DNA of 16,731 nucleotides from a virus (Duplodnaviria; Heunggongvirae; Uroviricota; Caudoviricetes): IMG/VR virus record IMGVR_UViG_2576861133_000011; one strand, 5' to 3'. Shown piece by piece: positions 1 to 7,374 of this stretch (position 1 is its first letter; each line of letters starts with the position of its first letter). The notes under the pieces were generated by a model. It saw only the letters and a program-made list of their open reading frames with translations, ran no database searches and was not told where the DNA came from. The position numbers and the translations under genes were made by a program.

Positions 1-1143
1 CTATGCTGTTTTGATATCTACGATAATCCAGTCTTTACCACGATCATCATTGTATCGGTCGGTCATTTTTCTGGATTTATGGCCTAACAACTTTTGCGTA
101 TCCAGACCCTGTTCCCGATATAACCGTTCTGACAGAGATCGCTGCTCATGAAATGTGGGCGCAGTTCCTTGCTCCCATTTTATGCCACATTTTTCCCGGG
201 CCTTTTTAAAAGCCGTTGTCAGAGTATTTGCAGAAACCTGGTCTCCTCTGTTTGCTTGAGAGGTAGTGTGACGGTAATGGACCAGATATTTACTAACAAC
301 AGCATCCCTGCACTGAGATATAACTTCACGAAGGGTAATATTCAGAGCATCGCATTTCAGGTTAAGCGGAATAGCAAGTTTTGAACCGGTTTTTTCCTGA
401 GTAATGTGCAACATGTCGTCCCATATATCAGAGAATTTCAAATTGCAGATATCGCCTAAACGTTGTCCAGTAACAAGAGCAAGTAGCATGCCGCATTTTA
501 AATAGGGCTGCCGTCTGCTTACGCTGTCAAATATTGCCTGCCATTCGGGCAGTGACAATCTTTGGCGGTTTACTCGATTTCGCGGTTGTTTTGTTGCCTG
601 CGCTGGGTTAAATCCTGGCGGAACATGTCCTGCGTGTTGTGCTTCTTTGAAGACGTCGATCAACACCATTCTCACGACTTGCGCCATCCTGTTATGACCT
701 TCAGCCTTTACAGCATCAATTATTTCGGCAATATCAAGTGCGGTAATATCCTTGAGGTGTTGCATTCCACAATGCTCACGGAAAAGACGAATGGGTTTGC
801 CTTTTTGCCGATAGGAGTTGGGTCTTAGTTCATTATGTTGCAGCCTGTCCTCTTGGATAGAAATATATTTATCAAGCCATTCTGTCACCGTAATGTCTGA
901 GCGCCTGCCTTTCATTCTTTCCAGACGCTCATTGACGCTTAATATTTGTCTGGTACGTTGTTCAGCAATAATGGTATTTGCTTCAGTAGCAACTTGTTTT
1001 GCTTCATTCTCATCAGTTCCTAAGCTATGAAAACGACCGGATAGTGGATGTTTGTATTGCCAATATACCTTTCCGGTTCGCTTATCTAATTTGCAATATA
1101 AATTGGGTATAGAGATTTTGTGAGATCGGGGTCTAGCAGCCAT
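1..1143 (-). CDS. int: Phage integrase, tyrosine recombinase (lambda Int family), 380 aa
   Basis: Complete minus-strand ORF. C-terminal region reads ...TFHEQRSLSERLY...LLGHKSRKMTDRYNDDRG..., matching the HxxR and LLGHxxxxxxxY catalytic signature of lambda-type integrases. Stop codon occupies bases 1-3, so the att site must lie just outside the window. Confidence 0.9.
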   Translation of the reverse strand: MAARPRSHKISIPNLYCKLDKRTGKVYWQYKHPLSGRFHSLGTDENEAKQVATEANTIIAEQRTRQILSVNERLERMKGRRSDITVTEWLDKYISIQEDRLQHNELRPNSYRQKGKPIRLFREHCGMQHLKDITALDIAEIIDAVKAEGHNRMAQVVRMVLIDVFKEAQHAGHVPPGFNPAQATKQPRNRVNRQRLSLPEWQAIFDSVSRRQPYLKCGMLLALVTGQRLGDICNLKFSDIWDDMLHITQEKTGSKLAIPLNLKCDALNITLREVISQCRDAVVSKYLVHYRHTTSQANRGDQVSANTLTTAFKKAREKCGIKWEQGTAPTFHEQRSLSERLYREQGLDTQKLLGHKSRKMTDRYNDDRGKDWIIVDIKTA

Positions 1144-1369
1144 CAGCGATTATCCTTTGGAGTTTTGGGTTTGCGTTTATTGGGAGTTGCGGTTCTGCAA
1201 GCGTTCCTACAAAACGGGAATTTCGGTCAATCATCCAGTAGCGACCAACTTTTATAGCGGGTGGGGCCATCATTTTCCCTTGCGCGTATTTTTTCAGAAC
1301 TCGCTCACTTGGTGCTAAGTCCCCAAATTCTTCTTTAGCCCAGTCCTGTAAAGTGATTAGTCGAGACAT
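1133..1369 (-). CDS. xis: Putative excisionase / recombination directionality factor, 78 aa
   Basis: Small ORF directly upstream of int on the same strand, overlapping its start by 11 nt. GGAGG Shine-Dalgarno about 5 nt before the ATG. Not lambda Xis-like in sequence; the call is by position and size. Confidence 0.6.
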   Translation of the reverse strand: MSRLITLQDWAKEEFGDLAPSERVLKKYAQGKMMAPPAIKVGRYWMIDRNSRFVGTLAEPQLPINANPKLQRIIADGC

Positions 1370-1508
1370 TTGTCCTCCTCTTAGCTGCTGAGGGAGTTTG
1401 TGACCGATATATCTGACATGATATTAAGCTCATGGCAGGTACATCTCTTGACTGGTCATAGAGATAAATTTAATGCTGAGAAATGCAGTATTGAATTTAT
1501 CAATTTTT

Positions 1509-1748
1509 CTATTTCCTGCGCATGTCACGTAACTTCTTAATGTGTTCTGCCGTTTCGATCTCTTCTGCTATCCGATCTGCATCAGCTTTATTCACAGGTT
1601 CAAAGTCATGATTAAAGCGGAACATGCTGGCGATACATGTTCTGCCTTTTCGGATGTAGTGAACTTTGTTGTGGGTAGAACGCAGGATTTTGCAGGGAGT
1701 GCCGTGGTGGTCGACGTACCAGGTGTTAGGGTCAATCACTCTGAACAT
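1509..1748 (-). CDS. Hypothetical small phage protein, 79 aa
   Basis: Minus-strand ORF in the PL-operon orientation, overlapping the upstream ORF by 17 nt. No recognisable motif. Confidence 0.45.
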   Translation of the reverse strand: MFRVIDPNTWYVDHHGTPCKILRSTHNKVHYIRKGRTCIASMFRFNHDFEPVNKADADRIAEEIETAEHIKKLRDMRRK

Positions 1749-2061
1749 TCTTGACCTTGTGTTGTGCGGATTGATATTCAGTGCTGATATTCACCTTTAT
1801 AGCGAACACCTTTACCGGTTTATCGCCAAAGTGCGGATGTGTGATTGTCTTCACTTCATATCCGTCATACGGAACATCAATTCTGCGACTGGAATCGTCG
1901 CGCTTCGGATATCCCTTTGTGATAATCAGGCGGTCATATTCCCGGAACATAATTCGCTTATTCCAGTAGTCATTACACAAGCGATACTCTTCCGTTTTCT
2001 CTCCGCGAATCATGGCATCGAAGTATTCACTTTTAACAGCAAGTTGCAGGTTAGCCATCAC
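1732..2061 (-). CDS. ASCH-domain (PUA-like fold) protein, 109 aa
   Basis: Contains RGEKTEEYR near the N-terminus, which fits the GxKxxExR motif of the ASCH superfamily. ATGA start/stop overlap with the upstream zinc-finger ORF. GGGGG Shine-Dalgarno about 7 nt upstream. Confidence 0.55.
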   Translation of the reverse strand: MMANLQLAVKSEYFDAMIRGEKTEEYRLCNDYWNKRIMFREYDRLIITKGYPKRDDSSRRIDVPYDGYEVKTITHPHFGDKPVKVFAIKVNISTEYQSAQHKVKNVQSD

Positions 2062-2279
2062 TTAATCCCCCTTTGTTTGCGGATAAGCTCCAGATCTTGC
2101 TGGCAACTGGCGCAAGTCCGACAACCCTGAACGGCCAGGCGTCTTCGTTCATCTATCGGATCGCCACACTCACAACAATGAGTGGCAGATACAGCCAGGT
2201 AGTTCAGGCGGCGCATTTTTATTGCTGTGTTGCGCTGTAATTCTTCTATTTCTGATGCTGAATCAATGATGTCTGCCAT
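2058..2279 (-). CDS. TraR/DksA-family C4 zinc-finger protein, 73 aa (resembles lambda Orf73 class)
   Basis: CxxC-x14-CxxC arrangement (CCEC...CRTC) in a 73-aa protein. Sits between xis and exo, where lambda carries a TraR-like gene. Confidence 0.65.
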   Translation of the reverse strand: MADIIDSASEIEELQRNTAIKMRRLNYLAVSATHCCECGDPIDERRRLAVQGCRTCASCQQDLELIRKQRGIK

Positions 2280-2377
2280 CTTTCATTAATCCCTGAACTG
2301 TTGGTTAATACGCTTGAGGGTGAATGCGAACAATAAAAAAGGAGCCTGTAGCTCCCTGATAATTTTGCTTTTCATGT

Positions 2378-2659
2378 TCATCGTTCCTTAAAGACGCCGT
2401 TTAACATGCCGATTGCCAGGCTTAAATGAGTCGGTGTGAATCCCTTCAGCGTTACCGTTTCGCGGTGCTTCTTCAGTACGCTACGGCAAATGTCATTGAC
2501 GTTTTTATCCGGAAACTGCTGTCTGACTTTTTTGATTTCAGAATTAGCCTGACGGGCAATGCTGCGAAGGGCATTTTCTTGCTGAGGTGTCACTGAACAA
2601 GCCCCATGTCGGCAAGCATAAGCACACAGAATATGAAGCCCGCTGCCAGAAAAATGCAT
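2378..2659 (-). CDS. Hypothetical phage protein, 93 aa as drawn (start uncertain)
   Basis: Minus-strand ORF in operon orientation. No convincing Shine-Dalgarno before the first ATG, so the true start may differ. Confidence 0.4.
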   Translation of the reverse strand: MHFSGSGLHILCAYACRHGACSVTPQQENALRSIARQANSEIKKVRQQFPDKNVNDICRSVLKKHRETVTLKGFTPTHLSLAIGMLNGVFKER

Positions 2660-2669
2660 TCAGTGGTTG

Positions 2670-2861
2670 TCATACCTGGTCTCTCTCATCTGCTTCTGCT
2701 TTCGCCACCATCATTTCCAGCTTTTGTGAAAGGGATGTGGCTAACGTATGAAATTCTTCGTCTGTTTCTGCTGGTATTGGCACAAACCTGACTCCAATTT
2801 GAGCAAGGCTATGTGCCAAATCAATACTCGTTCTTAACTCAACAGGAGATGCTTTGTGCAT
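2670..2861 (-). CDS. Small phage protein, 63 aa (size and position match lambda orf63)
   Basis: 63-aa ORF two genes upstream of exo in the PL operon, as for lambda orf63. Homology not verified. Confidence 0.5.
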   Translation of the reverse strand: MHKASPVELRTSIDLAHSLAQIGVRFVPIPAETDEEFHTLATSLSQKLEMMVAKAEADERDQV

Positions 2862-3016
2862 ACCGCCCCCCGTTTATTATTTATCTCCTCAGCCAGCCGC
2901 TGGGCTTTCAGCGGATTTCGGATAACAGAAAGACCGTGAAATACCCAGCCTCGCTTTGTAACGGAGTAGACGAAAGTGATCGCGCCTACCCGGATATTAT
3001 CGTGAGGATGGGTCAT
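2834..3016 (-). CDS. Small phage protein, 60 aa from the second Met (position matches lambda orf60a)
   Basis: ORF directly upstream of exo. Starting at the second ATG (3016) gives 60 aa and a classic ATGA overlap with the exo stop codon. Confidence 0.5.
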   Translation of the reverse strand: MTHPHDNIRVGAITFVYSVTKRGWVFHGLSVIRNPLKAQRLAEEINNKRGAVCTKHLLLS

Positions 3017-3693
3017 CGCCATTGCTCTCCAAATACAAAACCAATTTCAGCCAGTGCTTCGTCCATTTTTTCGATGAACTCCGGCACCATCTCGTCAAAA
3101 CTCGCCATGTACTTTTCATCCCGCTCAACCACGACATAATGCAGGCCTTCACGCTTCATTCGTGGGTCATAGTTGGCAAAGTACCAGGCATCTTTTCGTG
3201 TCACCCACATGCTGTACTGCACCTGGGCCATGTAAGCCGACTTTATGGCCTCGAAACCACCGAGCCGGAACTTCATGAAATCCCGGGAGGTAAACGGGCA
3301 TTTCAGCTCAAGGCCATTGCCGTCACTGCATAAACCATCGGGAGAGCAGGCGGTGCGCATACTTTCGTCGCGATAGATGATCGGGGATTCAGTAACATTC
3401 ACGCCGGAAGTGAATTCAAACAGGGTTCTGGCGTCGTTCTCGTACTGTTTTCCCCACGCCAGCGCCTTAGCATTAACTTCCGGAGCCACACCGGTGCAAA
3501 CCTCAGCCAGCAGGGTGTGGAAGTAGGACATTTTCATGTCAGGCCACTTCTTTCCTGAGCGGGGCTTTGCTATCACGTTGTGAACTTCTGAAGCGGTGAT
3601 GACGCCGAGCCGTAATTTGTGCCATGCATCATCCCCCTGTTCGACAGCTCTCACGTCGATCCCGGTACGCTGCAGGATAATGTCCGGTGTCAT
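3013..3693 (-). CDS. exo: Lambda exonuclease (Red alpha), 226 aa
   Basis: Translation [40 protein letters not shown]...GFVFGEQWR is recognised from memory as near-identical to lambda Exo over the full length. ATGA overlap with bet. Confidence 0.95.
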   Translation of the reverse strand: MTPDIILQRTGIDVRAVEQGDDAWHKLRLGVITASEVHNVIAKPRSGKKWPDMKMSYFHTLLAEVCTGVAPEVNAKALAWGKQYENDARTLFEFTSGVNVTESPIIYRDESMRTACSPDGLCSDGNGLELKCPFTSRDFMKFRLGGFEAIKSAYMAQVQYSMWVTRKDAWYFANYDPRMKREGLHYVVVERDEKYMASFDEMVPEFIEKMDEALAEIGFVFGEQWR

Positions 3694-4475
3694 GCTGCCA
3701 CCTTCTGCTCAGTGGCTTTCTGTTTCAGGAATCCAAGAGCTTTCACTGCTTCGGCCTGTGTCAGTTCTGACGATGCGCGAATGTCGCGGCGAAATATCTG
3801 GGAACAGAGCGGCAATAAGTCGTCATCCCATGTTTTGTCCAGGGCAATCAGCAGAGTGTTAATCTCCTGCATGGTTTCATCGTTAACCGGAGTGATGTCG
3901 CGTTCCGGCTGACGTTCCGCAGTGTATGCAGTATTTTCGACAATGCGCTCGGCTTCATCCTTGTCATAGATACCAGCAAATCCGAAGGCCAGACGGGCAC
4001 ACTGAATCATGGCTTTATGCCGTAACATCCGTTTGGGATGCGACTGCCACGGCCCCGTGATTTCTCTGCCTTCGCGAGTTTTGAATGGTTCGCGGCGGCA
4101 TTCATCCATCCATTCGGTAACGCAGATCGGATGATTGCGGTCTTTGCGGTAAATCCGGCACGTACATGATTCATTGTCCTGCTCAAAGTCCATGCCATCA
4201 AACTGCTGGTTTTCATTGATGATGCGGGACCAGCCATCAACGCCCACCACCGGAACGATGCCGTTCTGCTTATCAGGGAAGGCGTAAATTTCTTTCGTCC
4301 ACGGATTAAGGCCGTACTGGTTGGCGACGATCAGCAATGCGATGAACTGCGCATCGCTGGCATCACCTTTAAATGCCGTCTGACGAAGAGTGGTGATCAG
4401 TTCCTGTGGGTCGACAGAATCCATGCCGACACGTTCAGCCAGCTTCCCAGCCAGCGTTGCGAGTGCTGTACTCAT
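3690..4475 (-). CDS. bet: Lambda Beta single-strand annealing protein (Red beta), 261 aa
   Basis: Translation [66 protein letters not shown]... is recognised from memory as near-identical to lambda Bet. Immediately upstream of exo. Confidence 0.95.
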   Translation of the reverse strand: MSTALATLAGKLAERVGMDSVDPQELITTLRQTAFKGDASDAQFIALLIVANQYGLNPWTKEIYAFPDKQNGIVPVVGVDGWSRIINENQQFDGMDFEQDNESCTCRIYRKDRNHPICVTEWMDECRREPFKTREGREITGPWQSHPKRMLRHKAMIQCARLAFGFAGIYDKDEAERIVENTAYTAERQPERDITPVNDETMQEINTLLIALDKTWDDDLLPLCSQIFRRDIRASSELTQAEAVKALGFLKQKATEQKVAA

Positions 4476-4480
4476 CCGTT

Positions 4481-4777
4481 TTATACCTCTGAATCAATAT
4501 CAACATGGTGGTGAGCAATGGTTTCAACCATGTACCGGATGTGTTCTGCCATGCGCTCCTGAAACTCAACATCGTCATCAAACGCACGGGTAATGGCTTT
4601 TTTGCTGGCCCCGCAGCGTTGCAAATGATCGATGCAGAGTGATTCAAACAGGTGCTGTGGAAGACCTTTTTCCATGTCGTCTGCCAGTTCTGCCTCTTTC
4701 TCTTCACGGGCGATCTGCTGGTAGTGACGCGCCCAGCTTTGAGCCTCAAGACGATCCTGAATGTAATAAGCGTTCAT
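4481..4777 (-). CDS. gam: Gam, RecBCD inhibitor, 98-aa (short, GamS-like) form
   Basis: Translation [60 protein letters not shown]...VDIDSEV matches recalled lambda Gam. An in-frame stop at 4832-4834 rules out the 138-aa N-terminally extended form. Confidence 0.93.
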   Translation of the reverse strand: MNAYYIQDRLEAQSWARHYQQIAREEKEAELADDMEKGLPQHLFESLCIDHLQRCGASKKAITRAFDDDVEFQERMAEHIRYMVETIAHHHVDIDSEV

Positions 4778-4852
4778 GGCTGAACTCCTGAAAATGGCTG
4801 TGAAAATATCGCCTGCGAAATGCCGGGCTGATTAGGTAAACAGGAAAGGGGA

Positions 4853-5059
4853 TTAGTGATTCAGGCCGTTGCCGCGTCCGTCGAGAAAAACTTCCACGAG
4901 CAAATCACGGGTATAAGTGCGCTCGATGCCGCGATGCAGATAAAGCCGTCCGCGTAAATTAGCTGATGCAGTCCAGGTACCATCTTTGTGTTTGACCAGC
5001 ATTCCTGGCATGACCGCACCGCGATTAACGGTCTGCGTTCCGTAATGTTGATGAACCAT
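4853..5059 (-). CDS. Hypothetical small basic protein, 68 aa, first ORF of the PL operon (ORF-track version 4853..5143 is probably over-extended)
   Basis: The internal ATG at 5059 is preceded by AGGAG with 5-nt spacing. The longer 96-aa start at 5143 has a poorly spaced GAGG. Sits where lambda has kil/cIII/N, but no arginine-rich motif or other match is recognised. Confidence 0.45.
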   Translation of the reverse strand: MVHQHYGTQTVNRGAVMPGMLVKHKDGTWTASANLRGRLYLHRGIERTYTRDLLVEVFLDGRGNGLNH

Positions 5060-5189
5060 AAAAACTCCTGCCCGTAAGCTGGGCTGCTGAACATATAGAG
5101 ACTTCTGCGCGTATTCAGGCGGTGGATGGCCGCCGGTTGTCATAACTAAGCCGCCTCGTTGAAGCGACTAAGGTATGAAATGTTGAGTT

Positions 5190-5332
5190 AATTTCAGCTG
5201 GTCACACCGACGTTCACGCGTCCGTTTCACCCCTCGCACTCCCCGAAGCCTGCTGAAATTCAAACTGCGGATCTAAGCGGTCATCGCAACGGTGAATCAG
5301 GTAGTTGCCGTATCGTTGTGTTGTTGCGATGA
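5190..5332 (-). promoter_or_regulatory. Structured PL leader: two long inverted repeats between PL and the first ORF (candidate cis-acting RNA element)
   Basis: AATTTCAGC (5190-5198) pairs with GCTGAAATT (5252-5260). TCATCGCAAC (5281-5290) pairs with GTTGCGATGA (5323-5332). Both lie in the leftward transcript between the putative PL and the first ORF. No boxA-like sequence and no N gene found. Confidence 0.3.
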
Positions 5333-5335
5333 ACT

Positions 5336-5410
5336 TATTTAAAACTATAGTTGTTTTATCGTCAACAACAAAAGTTGTTTTATTGGTTGTTTTAGATATA
5401 ACTGGTTGTA
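5336..5410 (-). promoter_or_regulatory. Putative OL/PL: leftward early promoter with repressor operator half-sites
   Basis: Minus strand reads TTGACG-17 nt-TTAAAT (-35 near 5360-5365). Overlapping GTTGTT/AACAAC inverted repeats at 5350-5369 and 5364-5379, plus TGGTTGT copies at about 5385-5391 and 5403-5409, share half-sites with the OR palindrome. Confidence 0.5.
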
Positions 5411-5505
5411 TTTAGGATGGATTTATTTTGTGACTTGAATCGCATAGCGATAACTGAAGCGAGGTTATGGTGGTTTTTTTAACGGTGTGTGTGATGAGGG
5501 GAGGG

Positions 5506-5533
5506 CAAAAGAAAACCCGGCACGGTGACCGGG
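5506..5533 (-). terminator. Putative intrinsic terminator downstream of the repressor gene
   Basis: Minus strand reads CCCGG-tcaccgtg-CCGGG followed by TTTTCTTTT, about 120 nt after the cI stop. The stem is only 5 bp. Confidence 0.4.
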
Positions 5534-5654
5534 ATTCTTACGCCGTTAGGTAAAGATATTATTGCGGTGGCTTAATATTACTACCTAGAGCAAAGATAGG
5601 AATTAGTTCTTTACTGAATGAGCACAATGCCCAGTTGATAATTTTTAATTGGTA

Positions 5655-6344
5655 CTACCCATGCTTCCTATATGTCTGCGGCATGCTCCCAATAACCTTA
5701 CCGAAGATGAACACCCGGTTCATCTCGTCTTTCTCGATCGGGTCCCACGGTGAGTAGCTTTTGTTATCAGAGATGACCAGCAGCTTATCCTTCATCATTT
5801 GCAGGCGCTTTACATGGGCTGTGTCGTCGTACAGAAACGCATAGATACCATCACCGTCGAAAGATTTAACTGTGATATCAACGAACAGCAGATCACCTGG
5901 TTCGATCGTTCCTGACATGCTGTCACCACGCACGTTAATGATGCGGATATTTTCCGCCTTCCTACCATCGAACATGTGACGAGCATCGTCAAACGAGTAC
6001 TCAACCGAGCGTAGAACTTCTACAAACTCACGGTTGATGACTCCCGGCCCAGCACTGACTTCTATATCAAGAACGTCAATCTTGAAGTATTTGGAATGGC
6101 TGACAGTTGATTGTATTGGTTGCACTGTACTGTCTGACATATTTCCAACGCCAGAAGATAACCATTCTGCGCGCACACCCAAAGCGTTCGCGATCTCCAC
6201 GATTTTAGTTGTTTGATTAGCTTTCCCTGTTTCGATTTTCTGAATAGCAGCCTGGCTAACCCCGACCAAATCCCCAAGCGCCTTTTGTGTAAGGCCTCGC
6301 GCTAATCTGGCTTCTTTAAGTCTTTCTGAGAGTGTTGTTTTCAT
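5655..6344 (-). CDS. cI: CI-type prophage repressor (HTH-XRE N-terminal domain plus S24 LexA-like autopeptidase domain), 229 aa from the internal Met
   Basis: N-terminal LSERLKEARLARGLTQKALGDLVGVSQAAIQKIETGK is a helix-turn-helix. C-terminal ...VRGDSMSGTIEPGDLLFVD...HVKRL... carries the Ser/Lys dyad context of S24 peptidases. Divergent from the cro-like gene across a 104-bp operator region. Start chosen at MKTTLSERL (6344) rather than the 22-codon-longer ORF-track start. Confidence 0.88.
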   Translation of the reverse strand: MKTTLSERLKEARLARGLTQKALGDLVGVSQAAIQKIETGKANQTTKIVEIANALGVRAEWLSSGVGNMSDSTVQPIQSTVSHSKYFKIDVLDIEVSAGPGVINREFVEVLRSVEYSFDDARHMFDGRKAENIRIINVRGDSMSGTIEPGDLLFVDITVKSFDGDGIYAFLYDDTAHVKRLQMMKDKLLVISDNKSYSPWDPIEKDEMNRVFIFGKVIGSMPQTYRKHG

Positions 6345-6448
6345 AGTCCAAATGTACAACCAAGGTTTTATTCCATCAAACGAAAATGGTTGTTGACTAA
6401 AAACAACCATAGTTTTAATCTTGATTCAAATTAACCACGGAGGTTGTT
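6345..6448. promoter_or_regulatory. OR region with divergent PR/PRM promoters and operator palindrome
   Basis: Perfect 25-bp palindrome ATGGTTGTT-gactaaa-AACAACCAT at 6386-6410 containing TTGACT (-35-like, 6393-6398). A further ACAACCA half-site at 6356-6362. GGAGG Shine-Dalgarno 5 nt before the cro ATG. Confidence 0.6.
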
Positions 6449-6679
6449 ATGAACCCAGCTATCAAAACAGCGATCAATATCGTTGGTTCACAAAAGAAAC
6501 TGGGCGCTGCTTGCGAAGTTTCACAGCAGGCCGTCTATAAGTGGCTTCACAACAAAGCAAAGGTATCCCCTGAACATGTCGGCAGCATTGTTACGGCTAC
6601 TGGTGGAGTAGTGAAGGCATACCAGATTCGCCCGGATCTTCCGAAGTTGTTTCCACACACCGAAAAGAACGCAGCTTAA
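6449..6679 (+). CDS. cro: Cro-like HTH regulator (YdaS-type), 76 aa
   Basis: Small ORF divergent from cI with a strong Shine-Dalgarno. AINIVGSQKKLGAACEVSQQAVYKWL is a helix-turn-helix. Confidence 0.75.
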   Translation: MNPAIKTAINIVGSQKKLGAACEVSQQAVYKWLHNKAKVSPEHVGSIVTATGGVVKAYQIRPDLPKLFPHTEKNAA

Positions 6680-6748
6680 ATTTCCATTTCACGCTCTTTA
6701 ACAATAAGCAATCAACTTAACAGTCAATTCAAACTAAAGGAGTCAATT

Positions 6749-7288
6749 ATGCAACCACTTACATACCAACAGACTAGCGGATTTAGCCCGACTGCGGTGA
6801 TAAATCGTTCTCAAACAAAACAGGTGCCAGGCCACGAAAAAATCCGTGATGCCGTCCGCGCCTGGTCGGCTGTAGATAATCAGGATGTCGTTGCCACACT
6901 CATTGTGAATGAGTATCTGGAGCAGGGCGGCGGCACCATCGATTTCCCTGATGATGTCAGCCGTGCACGCCAGAAGCTGTTCCGCTTCCTCGATAACAAA
7001 TTCGATTCTGAAAAATACCGAAATAACGTGCGTGAACTGACCCCGGCAATTCTGGCGGTACTACCGCTGGAATATCGCGGTTACCTGGTTGAGCAGGATA
7101 GCTTCATGGCTAGGTTGGCTGAAATGGAAAAGGAACTCAGTGAGGCAAAACAGGCTGTCATTCTCAACGCACCACGCCACCAGAAACTGAAGGAAATTAG
7201 TGAAGGTATTGTGTCGATGTTTCGTGTGGACCCAGATCTGGCTGGTCCATTGATGGCGATGGTTACTACCATGCTGGGGGCGATATGA
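6749..7288 (+). CDS. CII functional-equivalent regulator, YdaT-like, 179 aa
   Basis: Occupies the cII position after cro. Contains EYLEQGGG and TPAILAVLP segments that I recall as typical of YdaT-family proteins, described as CII equivalents in E. coli cryptic prophages. Unlike lambda CII in sequence. Confidence 0.5.
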   Translation: MQPLTYQQTSGFSPTAVINRSQTKQVPGHEKIRDAVRAWSAVDNQDVVATLIVNEYLEQGGGTIDFPDDVSRARQKLFRFLDNKFDSEKYRNNVRELTPAILAVLPLEYRGYLVEQDSFMARLAEMEKELSEAKQAVILNAPRHQKLKEISEGIVSMFRVDPDLAGPLMAMVTTMLGAI

Positions 7289-7374
7289 CAGGTTCAGAAA
7301 TGGCGAAAGCCGGTCTGCTGGAACAGAACCGACTTTCAGGTGCAAATCGTAACACACTCATTGCGGGAGGAATT

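Noticed and set aside
148-1030. Plus-strand ORFs of 78, 88 and 70 aa (148..384, 562..828, 818..1030)
   Set aside because: They lie entirely antisense within the integrase gene, are low-complexity and Cys/Leu-rich, and lack ribosome-binding sites. Treated as shadow ORFs.
1542-2130. Plus-strand ORFs 1542..1754, 1666..2130 and 1781..1969
   Set aside because: Antisense to the tightly coupled minus-strand small-gene cluster, with no translation signals.
2606-3912. Plus-strand ORFs overlapping the orf63/orf60a region, exo and the start of bet (2606..2791, 2813..3139, 3022..3333, 3596..3862, 3619..3912)
   Set aside because: Antisense to confidently identified genes; shadow ORFs.
4007-4749. ORFs 4007..4240(-), 4390..4593(+) and 4435..4749(-)
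   Set aside because: Alternative-frame or antisense ORFs inside bet and gam.
4861-5094. Alternative-frame 77-aa ORF overlapping the small PL-proximal ORF
   Set aside because: No Shine-Dalgarno and a Cys-rich hydrophobic translation; the other frame has an ideal AGGAG-5nt-ATG signal.
5441-5480. T7 run at about 5474-5480 on the plus strand as a possible terminator
   Set aside because: The upstream stem is imperfect and no plus-strand transcript is expected to end here.
5810-6277. ORFs inside the repressor gene (5810..6004, 6034..6216, 6062..6277)
   Set aside because: Alternative-frame or antisense to the cI-type repressor, which has clear domain signatures.
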